A DNA stretch of 61,545 bases, from assembly GCA_047632875.1 (NCBI GenBank), contig JBLIEH010000001.1, forward strand, positions 1-61,545. Direction: 5' to 3'. The stretch's first letter is position 1. Every line of letters begins with the position of its first letter. Shown here in pieces: positions 1 through 10,598 of this stretch. The position numbers and the translations under genes are program-made. The stretch is from Psychromonas sp. (lineage in GTDB: Bacteria; Pseudomonadota; Gammaproteobacteria; Enterobacterales; Psychromonadaceae). Under the pieces are notes generated by a model. That model was not told where the DNA came from, did not search any database, and saw only the letters and a program-made list of their open reading frames with translations.

Positions 1-233
1 AAAACCAAACTCCAACAAGCGACAGCCAACGATAAAACAACGGCAGAACCGTGATGCTTTTGACAATATATTGTCACCATCGCCTTGACGGTCTTAAATT
101 CCAACCCTAATTTTGCCAGTAAATAATGAGCACTCATTATATTAAACCACAGTTTATTGATTGGCCTGTGATCATACTTTTAATTCACGTAGAATACCGA
201 GTATTAGTTATTTTTATTGTAGAGTCCTTAACT

Positions 234-2156
234 TTGATCTCATCTTTTTTTTCAGCCTCAGGTGCATTAAGTAAACAACTGCCTTTTTTTATCTCCCGAG
301 ATGCGCAGATTGAAATGGCTGACGCCGTGACCGATGCGATCACCAAAAAACAAAATTTAGTGGTCGAAGCCGAAACCGGGACGGGTAAAACTTTCGCTTA
401 TTTAGCGCCGGCCTTATTAACTTTTGATAAAGATTCCGGTGAAAAAATCATTATTTCAACGGGCAGTAAAGCCTTGCAGGAACAGCTGTTTTTAAAAGAC
501 TTACCCTTATTAATGGCAGCGACTAATTTTACCGGGTCCGTGACCTTGTTAAAAGGACGCAGCAATTACCTGTGTAATGAACGTCTGGCGCGTTATATGC
601 TGGAAACCAAGCAGCGAGAAAAATCATTACAAATAGAGCTGATAAAAATAAAAAACTGGTCCGTTACAAGTAAAACCGGTGACCTTGCTGAAATCAAAGA
701 TCTTGCTGAAGATTCAATGATTATCCCCTTTATTACCAGTAACAATGACAACTGTTTAGGCCGTGAATGTCCCAGTTTTGATGATTGTTTTATTGTTAAA
801 GCGCGAAAAAAAGCCATGGATTCGGATCTTGTGGTGATCAATCATCATCTGTTTTTTGCAGACCTCGCCGTTAAAGAAACCGGATTTGGAGAGTTAATCC
901 CTGAAGCGGGGGTTTATATTTTTGATGAAGCGCACCAACTGCCCGATATTGCCAGCCTCTATTTTGGCGAATCACTGTCCAGCAGGCAGTTAATGGAACT
1001 GGCTAAAGAGATAGAGTTTGTCTACCGCACTGAGCTTCGCGAAGCAAAACAAATGTCTAAAGCGGCGGAACAATTACGTTTAAGTGTATTAGATTTCCGC
1101 ATGGCATTTGCGATTGATAAAGGCACCGGAAGCTGGCGTGATAAGTCCAAAGAACGGGTTATGCAGCTACATGTGCAGCGTATCCTGCAGGTGATGGATT
1201 TTTTAAATGAAGTGATCCTCGAACGATTGGGTAAAAGTGAAGTATTAGACCATTGTTATGACCGTTTAACACAATTCACCCTGTTATTTAAAAAACTCAA
1301 CAGTGTTAATGAAACGGGATTCAGTTACTGGTTTGAGTGTACCAAACAACATTTTTCATTAAATATCACGCCATTGAGTGTGGCAGAGCGTTTCCAGGCC
1401 GAATGTCAAAAAAAACAAGCCAGTTGGATTTTTACCTCGGCAACCTTATCCGTGCAGGGGGAGTTTGATCATTTCACCAAGTTGCTTGGTTTACAGGAAA
1501 GCCGCTGTTTGCAGTTAGCCAGCCCCTTTGATTACGCTAAGCAGACCTTATTTGTTGTTCCCAGATTATTACCTGAGCCTGGCACACCGGGATTGGCCGA
1601 CAAACTGGTCAACGAACTCGCGCCGGTTATTCGTGCCAGCAAAGGACGTTGTTTCTTTTTATGTACCAGTCATGCCATGATGAATCAGCTGGCGGCGGGA
1701 TTTCGGCAAACATTGACCTTTCCGGTTTTATTGCAGGGGGAAAAAAGCAAACAAGCGCTGCTTGATGAATTTATTAACCATGGCAATGCGTTATTGGTGG
1801 CAACCAGCAGTTTTTGGGAAGGAGTGGATGTGCGAGGGCAAGTTTTATCCTGCGTTATCATCGATAAAATTCCCTTTAGCTCTCCCGAGGAGCCTTTATT
1901 AAAAGCGCGTATGGAAGATGCGCAATTAAAGGGTAAAGATCCCTTTGCCGAAGTGCAATTACCCCAGGCTGTGATCACTTTTAAACAGGGCGTTGGGCGA
2001 TTGATTCGGGCGGAACAAGATAAAGGTGTATTGATCGTTTGCGATACACGTTTGGTGACGCGTAAATATGGTAATCTCTTTCTTAATAGTTTACCTTGCA
2101 TGCCGCGTACGCGCTCCTTAGATAATGCTATCGATTTTTTAAAAGCTATTGATTAA
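234..2156 (+). CDS. yoaA: DinG-family ATP-dependent DNA helicase YoaA
   Basis: Walker A ETGTGKT, DEAH box (FDEAHQL), Fe-S cysteines (YLC, NCLGRECP..DC), FWEGVD, QGVGRLIR; lies next to tsaB. The ORF track starts at 126; the in-frame TTG at 234 fits homologue length better. Confidence 0.92.
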   Translation: MISSFFSASGALSKQLPFFISRDAQIEMADAVTDAITKKQNLVVEAETGTGKTFAYLAPALLTFDKDSGEKIIISTGSKALQEQLFLKDLPLLMAATNFTGSVTLLKGRSNYLCNERLARYMLETKQREKSLQIELIKIKNWSVTSKTGDLAEIKDLAEDSMIIPFITSNNDNCLGRECPSFDDCFIVKARKKAMDSDLVVINHHLFFADLAVKETGFGELIPEAGVYIFDEAHQLPDIASLYFGESLSSRQLMELAKEIEFVYRTELREAKQMSKAAEQLRLSVLDFRMAFAIDKGTGSWRDKSKERVMQLHVQRILQVMDFLNEVILERLGKSEVLDHCYDRLTQFTLLFKKLNSVNETGFSYWFECTKQHFSLNITPLSVAERFQAECQKKQASWIFTSATLSVQGEFDHFTKLLGLQESRCLQLASPFDYAKQTLFVVPRLLPEPGTPGLADKLVNELAPVIRASKGRCFFLCTSHAMMNQLAAGFRQTLTFPVLLQGEKSKQALLDEFINHGNALLVATSSFWEGVDVRGQVLSCVIIDKIPFSSPEEPLLKARMEDAQLKGKDPFAEVQLPQAVITFKQGVGRLIRAEQDKGVLIVCDTRLVTRKYGNLFLNSLPCMPRTRSLDNAIDFLKAID

Positions 2157-2279
2157 TTGTTAATCAATAATAATAAATAATGTTAAAAATATAATGCCTG
2201 CACAGTGGCAGACATTGTAGATAAATAAATTTCCTTATTCTCCCGACCGGGAAGACCCACTAGAATAGACAGGCTAAAT

Positions 2280-2993
2280 ATGTTCAAAAAGTTAAATGTG
2301 TTATGTGTCGATACTTCAACGGAAGCGTGCTCAGTTGCGGTGCTTTGCCAAACGGCGACGGAGCAGGTTATCAGTGACCAATTCATGATGGCACCACGTG
2401 AGCATACGACTAAAATATTGCCCACGGTCGAGCAAGTGTTGCAAGCCGCTGGTTTAAACTTATCTGATATGGATATCATCGCTTATGGTCGCGGTCCGGG
2501 CAGTTTTACCGGGGTGCGCATCGGTATCAGCATTGCACAGGGTTTAGCTTTTGGCAGTGAAAAAAACATGGTCGGAGTGTCAACATTACAAGCGATGGCG
2601 CAACAAGCCTTTAAAATGAACGGCGCTAAAGATGTCTATGCTGCTATTGATGCGCGCATGGGCGAGGTCTATTTTGCCCATTACCAATTATTCGATGAGT
2701 TAATGGTATTAGTAGATGAAGAGGTGGTTATTAAACCTGCTGATTTAATCACAAAGCAGGGCGAGTTTGCTGAAAACGCCGTTTTAGTCGGCTCCGGTTG
2801 GGCGGCTTATCCAGAACTCACCGAGCACTTTAATGCCGCTGAAAAAACAGATATCGAGTTTCCCAGCGCAAGATTTATGTTGGACGAGGCCATTAATTGC
2901 ATCGACAAAGCATTAGATGTTTTACCGGAACTCGCAACCCCTGTTTATTTGCGTGACAAGGTGACTTGGAAAAAATTACCCGGGCGCGAATAA
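2280..2993 (+). CDS. tsaB: tRNA threonylcarbamoyladenosine biosynthesis protein TsaB
   Basis: DTSTEACSVA, GRGPGSFTGVRIG, IDARMGEVY, C-terminal PVYLRDKVTWKKLPGRE. Confidence 0.95.
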   Translation: MFKKLNVLCVDTSTEACSVAVLCQTATEQVISDQFMMAPREHTTKILPTVEQVLQAAGLNLSDMDIIAYGRGPGSFTGVRIGISIAQGLAFGSEKNMVGVSTLQAMAQQAFKMNGAKDVYAAIDARMGEVYFAHYQLFDELMVLVDEEVVIKPADLITKQGEFAENAVLVGSGWAAYPELTEHFNAAEKTDIEFPSARFMLDEAINCIDKALDVLPELATPVYLRDKVTWKKLPGRE

Positions 2994-3043
2994 GGTTGTA
3001 TGTTCAATGATTCTTTGACCTGTTATTCATAAAGGAATATTTG

Positions 3044-3832
3044 ATGTTGCGTTTAATTTGTTGCTTTTTTTTATTATTCACCAGTCTAAGTTGTACTAGC
3101 CAGGCTTATAAAATTGATTTGACGCCTCAACAGACAGATAAATTAGGCCGGCTGATATGGAAAAATGAAGGCCAGCAAAAACAAGAAAACCTGACCACCT
3201 GGAATAAAAATGAAGCTTTTCCGTCATTAGGTCTGGGGCATTTTATTTGGTACCCGGGGACAGAAAAAGGCCCCTTTAAAGAACAATTCCCTGAATTATT
3301 GCAATTCTTAAACAACCAGGGGGTTGTGCTCCCGCAATGGCTTGCGAGCAGTGAGCAGGCCCCGTGGAAAAATCGCGAACAATTTTACCTGGAATTTGAC
3401 CAACCGCAGTTGACCGAGTTGAGACTTTTATTAAATAAGCATCTTGATTTACAGGTGCAGTTTATTATAAAACGTTTAGAAACTGGCATTCCTTTGATAC
3501 TCGCGAGCAGTAATCAGACGGAAACGAAAGTGATTAATCATCAGATTGCGCGTTTAACGATGTCGCCCGAGGGGATCTTTGCGCTATTGGATTATATTAA
3601 TTTTAAAGGTGAAGGGGTTTCGTCAAAAGAATCCTACCAAGGGCAGGGATGGGGATTAAAACAAGTTTTATTAACCATGCCACTTGCCTATGATGATCCG
3701 TTACGTGCATTTTCTTTATCGGCCGATGAAGTATTAACACGTCGTGTTAAAAATGCATCAACGGATGAGTTACGCTGGTTAAAGGGCTGGCGGGTGCGAG
3801 TGCACGGTTATCAAAATATTGATGTTAACTAA
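3044..3832 (+). CDS. Exported conserved hypothetical protein
   Basis: AAGGA RBS, N-terminal signal peptide, 262-aa ORF with WKNEG...PSLGLGHFIWYP and DYINFKGEG motifs. Confidence 0.75.
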   Translation: MLRLICCFFLLFTSLSCTSQAYKIDLTPQQTDKLGRLIWKNEGQQKQENLTTWNKNEAFPSLGLGHFIWYPGTEKGPFKEQFPELLQFLNNQGVVLPQWLASSEQAPWKNREQFYLEFDQPQLTELRLLLNKHLDLQVQFIIKRLETGIPLILASSNQTETKVINHQIARLTMSPEGIFALLDYINFKGEGVSSKESYQGQGWGLKQVLLTMPLAYDDPLRAFSLSADEVLTRRVKNASTDELRWLKGWRVRVHGYQNIDVN

Positions 3833-3924
3833 CTAACTTATATGATTTTATAGTTTCCGTTTAACAGATACAGGGTACAATAAATACAGAATTATCTTAT
3901 CCACTTTATATTAAGGTTTTGCTT

Positions 3925-4935
3925 ATGTTTTATCGAATTATGCGCAGTTTTTTATTCATGTTAAATCCGGAAAAGGCACATGACTTTTCAATCAAACAAT
4001 TAAAATTAGCGCAGGGGACTATCTTAGATCTCATCTATCGTCAAAAAGTGCAACACAGACCCGTGCAGGTGATGGGATTGACCTTTCCGAATTCAGTGGG
4101 TTTGGCTGCCGGTTTAGATAAAAATGGCGAGTGTATTGATGCCTTTGGCGCAATGGGTTTTGGGCATGTCGAAGTGGGTACGGTCACGCCTGTTGGACAG
4201 CCCGGTAATGAGTCTCCTCGAATATTTAGAGTATTGGAGTCGGAGGGCCTTATCAACCGTATGGGGTTTAATAATGAGGGTGTCGAAAATTTAATTAAGA
4301 ATGTGAAAGAAAGTAATTTTAAAGGTGTTATTGGTATTAACATAGGTAAAAATTTCTCAACACCGGTGGAACAGGGCAAAGATGATTACTTATTATGCAT
4401 GGATAAAGTTTATCCCTATGCTGATTATATTGCCGTCAATATTTCTTCACCAAACACGCCCGGATTGCGTTCGTTACAGTATGGTGACGCACTGAATGAA
4501 TTGCTTGCAGCGCTTAAAACACGCCAAAGTGAACTTGAGGTTAAACATGACAAATACGTGCCCATTGCCTTGAAAATTTCACCGGATCTTAGTGATCAGG
4601 AGATCGTGTCTATCGCTGAATCATTGCTTAAATATAAAATTGACGGTTTAATCGCAACCAATACAACCCTTGATCGTGACATGATTAAAGGTATGTCGCA
4701 TGCGGGTGAGGCAGGTGGTTTAAGTGGCCGTCCTCTGCAAAATAAAAGTACCGCTGTGATTGCAAAATTTGCCGCGCAATTGAAAGGAGAGATCCCTATT
4801 ATTGGCGTGGGTGGTATTGATAATGTAATTGCGGCCAAGGAGAAAATGCAAGCGGGTGCAAGTTTAGTGCAGCTCTATTCCGGTTTTATCTACAATGGCC
4901 CTCAATTAGTTAAAAATATTGTCAACAATATTTAA
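3925..4935 (+). CDS. pyrD: Quinone-dependent dihydroorotate dehydrogenase
   Basis: [34 protein letters not shown]. Confidence 0.97.
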   Translation: MFYRIMRSFLFMLNPEKAHDFSIKQLKLAQGTILDLIYRQKVQHRPVQVMGLTFPNSVGLAAGLDKNGECIDAFGAMGFGHVEVGTVTPVGQPGNESPRIFRVLESEGLINRMGFNNEGVENLIKNVKESNFKGVIGINIGKNFSTPVEQGKDDYLLCMDKVYPYADYIAVNISSPNTPGLRSLQYGDALNELLAALKTRQSELEVKHDKYVPIALKISPDLSDQEIVSIAESLLKYKIDGLIATNTTLDRDMIKGMSHAGEAGGLSGRPLQNKSTAVIAKFAAQLKGEIPIIGVGGIDNVIAAKEKMQAGASLVQLYSGFIYNGPQLVKNIVNNI

Positions 4936-5001
4936 TTCATGAGGCGGCTGTGTTTGTGCAGAGCCGATATTGGGTGAAAAATACTTTGTGTAAAAATAAG
5001 A

Positions 5002-5544
5002 ATGGGAAAAATGGATTTTATACCGCAAGCAAATTGGCATTGGTTGTATGATCATAATCGGGCGACGTTAACACTCAATATGGGTGGCGGCGCTATCGAT
5101 ATTGTTTATAAACCTGCCATGCTGACCTTACAATTTGATCAACCTGTCTTTTTTACTATGGAAGATGTGGCTGATTATATTGATCTTTTTGAAGGCGCTG
5201 CCTTAGCCAACTATCCGCCGGAATTAAGATGTCACATTATTCTGCATGTATTAGCGGCTAACCAGTTCCACAAACCTATTATGCCCAAAAATTGGTTATT
5301 TGAATCGAATTTAGGGACACAACACCAGGTTAATAAAGGTGACCACGTAGTATTAATATCATCCGCTATTAAAGAAGCTAAAAAGTACCTTGTTTTAGAT
5401 AATAACGATGATTTTATTTTATGCATGCTCATTGAAAAATCACATGGATTAACCTTTAGCCGAAATTTTGTCCAGTTTCAGGTAGTTAAAGTGACTTATG
5501 ACAAAATATCTGCAAGTAAAGCTGACTGCAATACTCTATGCTAG
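5002..5544 (+). CDS. zapC: Cell division protein ZapC
   Basis: N-terminal P..NWHWLYD, central FHKPIMPKNWLF; directly downstream of pyrD, as in enterics and Vibrio. Confidence 0.8.
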   Translation: MGKMDFIPQANWHWLYDHNRATLTLNMGGGAIDIVYKPAMLTLQFDQPVFFTMEDVADYIDLFEGAALANYPPELRCHIILHVLAANQFHKPIMPKNWLFESNLGTQHQVNKGDHVVLISSAIKEAKKYLVLDNNDDFILCMLIEKSHGLTFSRNFVQFQVVKVTYDKISASKADCNTLC

Positions 5545-5692
5545 TATCCTTAATGATAAATTAATTTTCATTGTGGTTTGTGTGGCCTTCCAGCCTAACT
5601 ATTATTATCATTAAGCAGTTATTTGCTTAATTTACATTTTTATACGTTTTGGCTATAAATAACTCTATTTTAATTACATCTCAAGGATTTAA

Positions 5693-7078
5693 ATGAACAC
5701 AGATACTCATGTCTCCAATCGATGGTCAAGTCGATACGCGTACATCTTAGCTGCAACGGGTGCTGCAGTTGGGCTTGGTAATATATGGAAATTCCCCTAC
5801 ATCATGGGCGAAAATGGAGGCGGAGCATTTGTTTTTGTCTATCTTTTATGCATATTTCTGATCGGTATCCCGGTCATGATGGCTGAAGTTGTCATTGGTA
5901 AACGTGGGCGTTCAACGCCTGCAAACGCCATGGCACATGTTGCAACCGAATCGGGTCATTCATCTCATTGGTCGATTGTCGGCACAATCGGGGTGTTAGC
6001 GGGTTTCTTGATCTTAAGTTTTTATGCGGTTATTGCCGGTTGGGCGGCTGCCTACGTGTTTTTTGCAGGTACTGGCGAATTTAGCGCTGCAGCTGCGGAT
6101 CCGGCCACCAATGCGGAAGTAATCGGCACTTTATTCAGTGATTTGATCACCAGCGTGCCGCAACTGCTTATCTGGTCAACATTAACCATTGCTGCGGTCG
6201 TTTACGTTATTTCAAAGGGTGTCAAAGAAGGGTTGGAAACCGCAATCACTTATTTAATGCCGGCTTTGTTGATTCTGCTTATCGGTATTATGCTTTACTC
6301 TGCCGTTGTGGGTGATTTTGCTGCTGCCTTTACCTTTATGTTCCACATCGATTTTTCTCAGCTCACTATCGAAGGTGCATTAGTGGCCTTGGGTCATGCA
6401 TTTTTCACCCTCAGTTTGGCGATGGGTATTATGATGATTTATGGCGCCTATTTACCTAAAGGTGTGTCAATCGTTAAAACCTCTATCATGATCGCGGTCG
6501 CTGATACTGTTGTTGCGTTAATTGCGGGACTGGCTATTTACCCAATAGTATTTGCCCATGGTTTGGAGCCAAGTGCCGGACCGGGTTTATTGTTTCAATC
6601 AATTCCGCTTGCCTTTGGCTCAATGCCTTTTGGTGATTTTGTTGGCACCTTGTTCTTTGTGATGATCGTTTTCGCTGCATTCACTTCGGCTATTGCGCTC
6701 CTTGAATCGCCTACTGCTTATTTAGTAGAACGTCAAAATGTGAGTCGGACTAAAGCGGCCATTATTGCCGGCGTTGCCGTTTGGATCTTGAGCTTATGTA
6801 CGATCTTCTCCTTTGCCGGTGCGGAATGGACAAAACTCTCTTTTGGTATGGGCGGGGACATCTTTGAATTTTTAGATTACATCACGGCTAATATTCTCTT
6901 GCCGCTGGGTGGTATATTTATCTCAATCTTTGCCGGTTGGTTCATCAAACCCGAGATTTTAAAAGAAGAATTCAACTTGTCTGATCAATATTTCGCTGTC
7001 GTATTAATACTCTTACGTTATATTGCTCCCTTAGGTATCTTATTTGTGTTTATTAATGCGATAGGTCTATTTAAATAA
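5693..7078 (+). CDS. Sodium-dependent transporter, NSS/SNF family
   Basis: RWSSR...GAAVGLGNIWKFPY, GGGAF, AFFTLSL, AGPGL; many hydrophobic TM segments. Confidence 0.93.
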   Translation: MNTDTHVSNRWSSRYAYILAATGAAVGLGNIWKFPYIMGENGGGAFVFVYLLCIFLIGIPVMMAEVVIGKRGRSTPANAMAHVATESGHSSHWSIVGTIGVLAGFLILSFYAVIAGWAAAYVFFAGTGEFSAAAADPATNAEVIGTLFSDLITSVPQLLIWSTLTIAAVVYVISKGVKEGLETAITYLMPALLILLIGIMLYSAVVGDFAAAFTFMFHIDFSQLTIEGALVALGHAFFTLSLAMGIMMIYGAYLPKGVSIVKTSIMIAVADTVVALIAGLAIYPIVFAHGLEPSAGPGLLFQSIPLAFGSMPFGDFVGTLFFVMIVFAAFTSAIALLESPTAYLVERQNVSRTKAAIIAGVAVWILSLCTIFSFAGAEWTKLSFGMGGDIFEFLDYITANILLPLGGIFISIFAGWFIKPEILKEEFNLSDQYFAVVLILLRYIAPLGILFVFINAIGLFK

Positions 7079-7093
7079 TAGTAATATATACAG

Positions 7094-7120
7094 ACCACTA
7101 GAAGAGTTATCTTCAGTGGT
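7094..7120. repeat. Short palindrome, degenerate member of the TATACCC/CATCTTCAAG repeat family
   Basis: ACCACT-A-GAAGA gtta TCTTC-AGTGGT preceded by TATAC; resembles 11975-12018. Confidence 0.4.
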
Positions 7121-7140
7121 GTTGCATTAAGTAATAAATG

Positions 7141-7172
7141 AAGCCGTTTAGCTAACACTAAACGGTTTTTTT
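7141..7172 (+). terminator. Rho-independent terminator of the NSS transporter
   Basis: GCCGTTTAG-ctaaca-CTAAACGGT followed by a T run. Confidence 0.8.
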
Positions 7173-7203
7173 ATTTAAACTAAAAAAAGCAACTCATTGG
7201 ATT

Positions 7204-7600
7204 TTATGCCGTTCAGTTAAGCAATATTGTTTGATTATTTTACAAATAAGTTCAAAACCGCAGATTACAAATCTTCGGATTTTTATACCTCAAAGTTATG
7301 ATTTTCATTATCTTTCCTTTTTCGCCTGAAAGTTTTCAGCCATTATCAAAAGTGTTGTCGCCAGAGCTAATAGAAAAACACCTCAAAGAATCCCGGATCA
7401 TCACCATTCGCAAAGGTAGATTACCGTTACGAATGATGTTTTGAAGTATCATTATCTTGTCTATTTTTAGGCAATCTCGGATCCGCGATATTGGAAAAAA
7501 ACTCGTTATTATTCTGCCAGGTAAATGCCCCTTTTTAGCAACTGTGCAGTCGTTTAAGCAGTAAAAGGCTTAGTTCAGATGTTATTTTTAACAAAATAAA
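7204..7600 (+). mobile_element. IS4-family left end and N-terminal transposase pseudogene
   Basis: IRL-like TTATGCCGTTCAGTTAAG (7204-7221). From 7322 reads SPESFQPLSKVLSPELIEKHLKESRIITIRKGRLPLRMMF*...LPGKCPFLA, then frameshifted AVV*A.KRLSSD, matching the IS4 N-terminal pattern (IRKRRLP..MMVW; LPG.RPFVAPSAVVQARQRLG). Confidence 0.75.
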
Positions 7601-7709
7601 AAACTCCTGTCAGCTCTCAATTGAGAAAGAATAGGACTTAAGTTCCCGCCTTTTCCTTGCGTTACATTTCACTTGTTGATTTAATAATGATTATTAGTTT
7701 GCATGTAAG

Positions 7710-10439
7710 GTGGGGGTGTTTTTGTCTAATTCCATTAGAAATCTATTGTATCTTGGGGATAATATTGCCCTTATTGATACCTTGCTTAACTCATTTTTTG
7801 CAGGTGAAAAAACAGATAACTATCCTGTTTTTCATTTAGTGAGTAGCGACCAACTCTACCAGACTTTATCGGAAAATAGTTTTAGCCACTTCATCTCAGA
7901 ACTCCCTCTTAATACAGATATCAAAGATAAAATCAAAGCAGATTTTCCCTTATTGAATACAAACTACCTGAATGCAGATGACGGGATCAAAGGCACAGGG
8001 GTATCCCTTGGCATTGAAAATATTTTTACAAGTGAGGCTCAAACCGTCCTGGAGTCGCTCAGTATTCCCATCTACTTTAAAAATAAACAAGCGCAATATT
8101 TAGCCTGTAATCGCCATTTTTCTGAGCTGTTTGGACTCTCACCTGATCAAGTTATCGGAAAAAAATTAGCGGATCTATCTCATTCTCCTTTAAGAAATGA
8201 TATCCGCCAGATTGATCAAAAAATATTTATTGATCATCGAATTGCTTTACATGAGTACAGATGGATTAATAAGGCGGGAGAAGAGCGTGATCTTCTCGTT
8301 CATAAAGAGTCAGCCGCTGACGGTGAAATACAAACCGGTATTATTTTTGATATCACAGATCTTAATAGGTCAAAATATTTATTAGAAAAAGAGCATGTCA
8401 TGCTGCGTACGACGGCCGATATTTCGAAGGATATGATCTCATTTAAAGACTCAAAGAGACGCCTGTTAGGCTGTAATAAACAGTATGAAAAATTTATCGG
8501 TGTTTTGGAAAAGGATCTTCTGGGTAAAAAAGTGGATGAGTTTCTGCTATTAGACGAAGGGATCGAGTCGACAGAGCTAGATCAATATGTGCTAAAAAAT
8601 AATAAAGTTTATGTAGGGAATGGATATTTTACAGCATCCAATGGAGAACGTTATTTTCTCCAGGTAAAAAAAGTACCTCTACAGGACAAGCATGGCAATA
8701 TTCAAGGGATAATTACTGTCATGCGCAATATCACCGATCAGTTATTAATGATGCAGCGCCTTGAAATTACCAATGTTGTATTTGAAAATAGTAAAGAAGC
8801 GCTGATCGTTACGGACGGGGAGGGTTATATCATTTCAGCCAATGATCATGCTTGTTTTATTTTTGGCTATAATAAAGATCAATTGTTAGCGCAAGAGATC
8901 AATTTATTAGCCGCTGATAGTTATAATGGTACCTCTTATAAAAATATTGAGCAGATTTTAAAAACAGACAGCTCTTGGCAGGGAGATATCACCTATCGTA
9001 CTAAGAGTGGTAATGTTTATTACGCCTGGTTAGAGGTCTATGAGGTCCAGCACGTGCAGCAAAACAATATTAACCGGATCTATTCTTATACTGATTTAAC
9101 CTACTTTCAAGCAACAGATAAAAAAATCAGCTTCTTATCAAAACAGGATCCGTTAACCGGATTATGTAATCGCATATCCCTCTTTAGCCGATTGGAAGAT
9201 ATAATCAAACGTGCTAATTATCAGCACAACGCAGTCGCGGTTATTTTAGTTGATATCGATAATTTCAAGTCTATTAATGATAAGCATGGCCATAATACCG
9301 GTGATCAGGTGTTAAAGGAGGTTGCTAAGCGTCTAATCAAATGTATTTCTGGACAAGATACCCTGGGCCGTTTTGCTAATGATCAATTTATTATTATTAT
9401 TGACGAATTAGTCAATGAACACGATGCTGCGATGGTGGCACAGAAAGTAGTAGAGCAGTTTAGCTGTCCGTTTATCATCGAAAATGTGCACACGAATGTT
9501 ACCGCAAGGGTAGGTATTAGTCTTTGCCCCGATGATGGCAATGATGTGGATACGTTATTTTTGAATGCTCAAAAAGCGATGCAGCGTAGTAAAAGAGGAA
9601 AAAGTGACACATACCATTTTTATACACATGGCTTGACGCTCGGTTTGAGTGAGCAGCTGTCATTAGAAGAAGAATTAAAACAGGCGTTATTACTCGATCA
9701 GTTCGATTTGTATTATCAGCCGCAATACGATCGTAATAAACGGCAAATGGTTGCCCTGGAAAGTTTATTACGCTGGCATCACCCCAAGCGGGGAATATTA
9801 CTGCCAGAGCGTTTTTTGAGTGTGGCTGAAGAAAGCAATTTGTTAGCCCCCATTGGCAGGGAAATGATCCGTAAGGCAGCGTTACAAGCGGTTGCCTGGG
9901 GAAAAGCGAATATTAAATTTGGTCGGATTGCCGTTAATCTATCAAAAATACAATTATCACAAATTCGCTTTATTGCGGATCTGCAAACGATTTTAAAAGA
10001 AACGGGCTGTTCAACCGCTCAGCTTGAATTTTTTGTCGATAAGACAATTCTGCGCGAAAACTCAATAGATATTCTGTCGAACCTGGAGAATGTTCATAAG
10101 ATGGGGATTGCATTGACCGTGACGAATTTTGGCATGGCCATTAATGTTATCGATTTAATTAATCGCCTGGGCGTTGCAAACCTAAAAATATCAGATTCGA
10201 AGAATAACAATGGCTCAGGATCCTTAGTGGATGATGCACAATTAAAATCCGTTAACGTTTTTGCCCGTACTTTAGGTCTTGGCGTCGTGAGTGATTGGCT
10301 CGACAATGGCAATCAGGAAGAAATTTCAGCCTTTCATCAATTCAAATCAGGGCGAGCAAATATTATTAAGAAAAAAGGCATGAGCACTGCTGAAACTACT
10401 TTTTACCTGAGTTGCAATAATAGCAAACGCATCAAATAA
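7710..10439 (+). CDS. Multi-PAS, degenerate GGDEF and degenerate EAL signalling protein
   Basis: Three PAS/PAC-like repeats; DPLTGLCNR, DIDNFKSIND..GH..GD, but RFANDQF in place of GGDEF; ESLLRW, but VTNFGMA in place of DDFGTG. Start codon uncertain. Confidence 0.85.
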   Translation: MGVFLSNSIRNLLYLGDNIALIDTLLNSFFAGEKTDNYPVFHLVSSDQLYQTLSENSFSHFISELPLNTDIKDKIKADFPLLNTNYLNADDGIKGTGVSLGIENIFTSEAQTVLESLSIPIYFKNKQAQYLACNRHFSELFGLSPDQVIGKKLADLSHSPLRNDIRQIDQKIFIDHRIALHEYRWINKAGEERDLLVHKESAADGEIQTGIIFDITDLNRSKYLLEKEHVMLRTTADISKDMISFKDSKRRLLGCNKQYEKFIGVLEKDLLGKKVDEFLLLDEGIESTELDQYVLKNNKVYVGNGYFTASNGERYFLQVKKVPLQDKHGNIQGIITVMRNITDQLLMMQRLEITNVVFENSKEALIVTDGEGYIISANDHACFIFGYNKDQLLAQEINLLAADSYNGTSYKNIEQILKTDSSWQGDITYRTKSGNVYYAWLEVYEVQHVQQNNINRIYSYTDLTYFQATDKKISFLSKQDPLTGLCNRISLFSRLEDIIKRANYQHNAVAVILVDIDNFKSINDKHGHNTGDQVLKEVAKRLIKCISGQDTLGRFANDQFIIIIDELVNEHDAAMVAQKVVEQFSCPFIIENVHTNVTARVGISLCPDDGNDVDTLFLNAQKAMQRSKRGKSDTYHFYTHGLTLGLSEQLSLEEELKQALLLDQFDLYYQPQYDRNKRQMVALESLLRWHHPKRGILLPERFLSVAEESNLLAPIGREMIRKAALQAVAWGKANIKFGRIAVNLSKIQLSQIRFIADLQTILKETGCSTAQLEFFVDKTILRENSIDILSNLENVHKMGIALTVTNFGMAINVIDLINRLGVANLKISDSKNNNGSGSLVDDAQLKSVNVFARTLGLGVVSDWLDNGNQEEISAFHQFKSGRANIIKKKGMSTAETTFYLSCNNSKRIK

Positions 10440-10487
10440 GTTTTCAGCTTTGCTGGTTAAAATCAATCGCATCGATGTTCTGAGTTT
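10418..10487 (-). repeat. Partial copy of the 164-bp MITE-like element at 20297-20460
   Basis: Ungapped match of 57/70 nt (hand count) to the reverse complement of 20391-20460. Confidence 0.75.
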
Positions 10488-10530
10488 TTTTCATAACATC
10501 CTGCTCTTGACCACTTAGCGGCCAGCTACA

Positions 10531-10598
10531 GCTCGACCACAGCGTTTTCCGAAAAAAACCAAAAAAAATGCCTGTCAGCTTTTAACTGACAAGCATTA
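10531..10598 (+). mobile_element. IS4-family right end (transposase C-terminal remnant and IRR)
   Basis: Reads ARPQRFPKKTKKNACQL (IS4 tail pattern RP.KYP.K.NASQLN), followed by TTTAACTGACAAGCATTA, 13/18 complementary to the IRL at 7204. The hairpin may double as the rlmG terminator. Confidence 0.65.
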
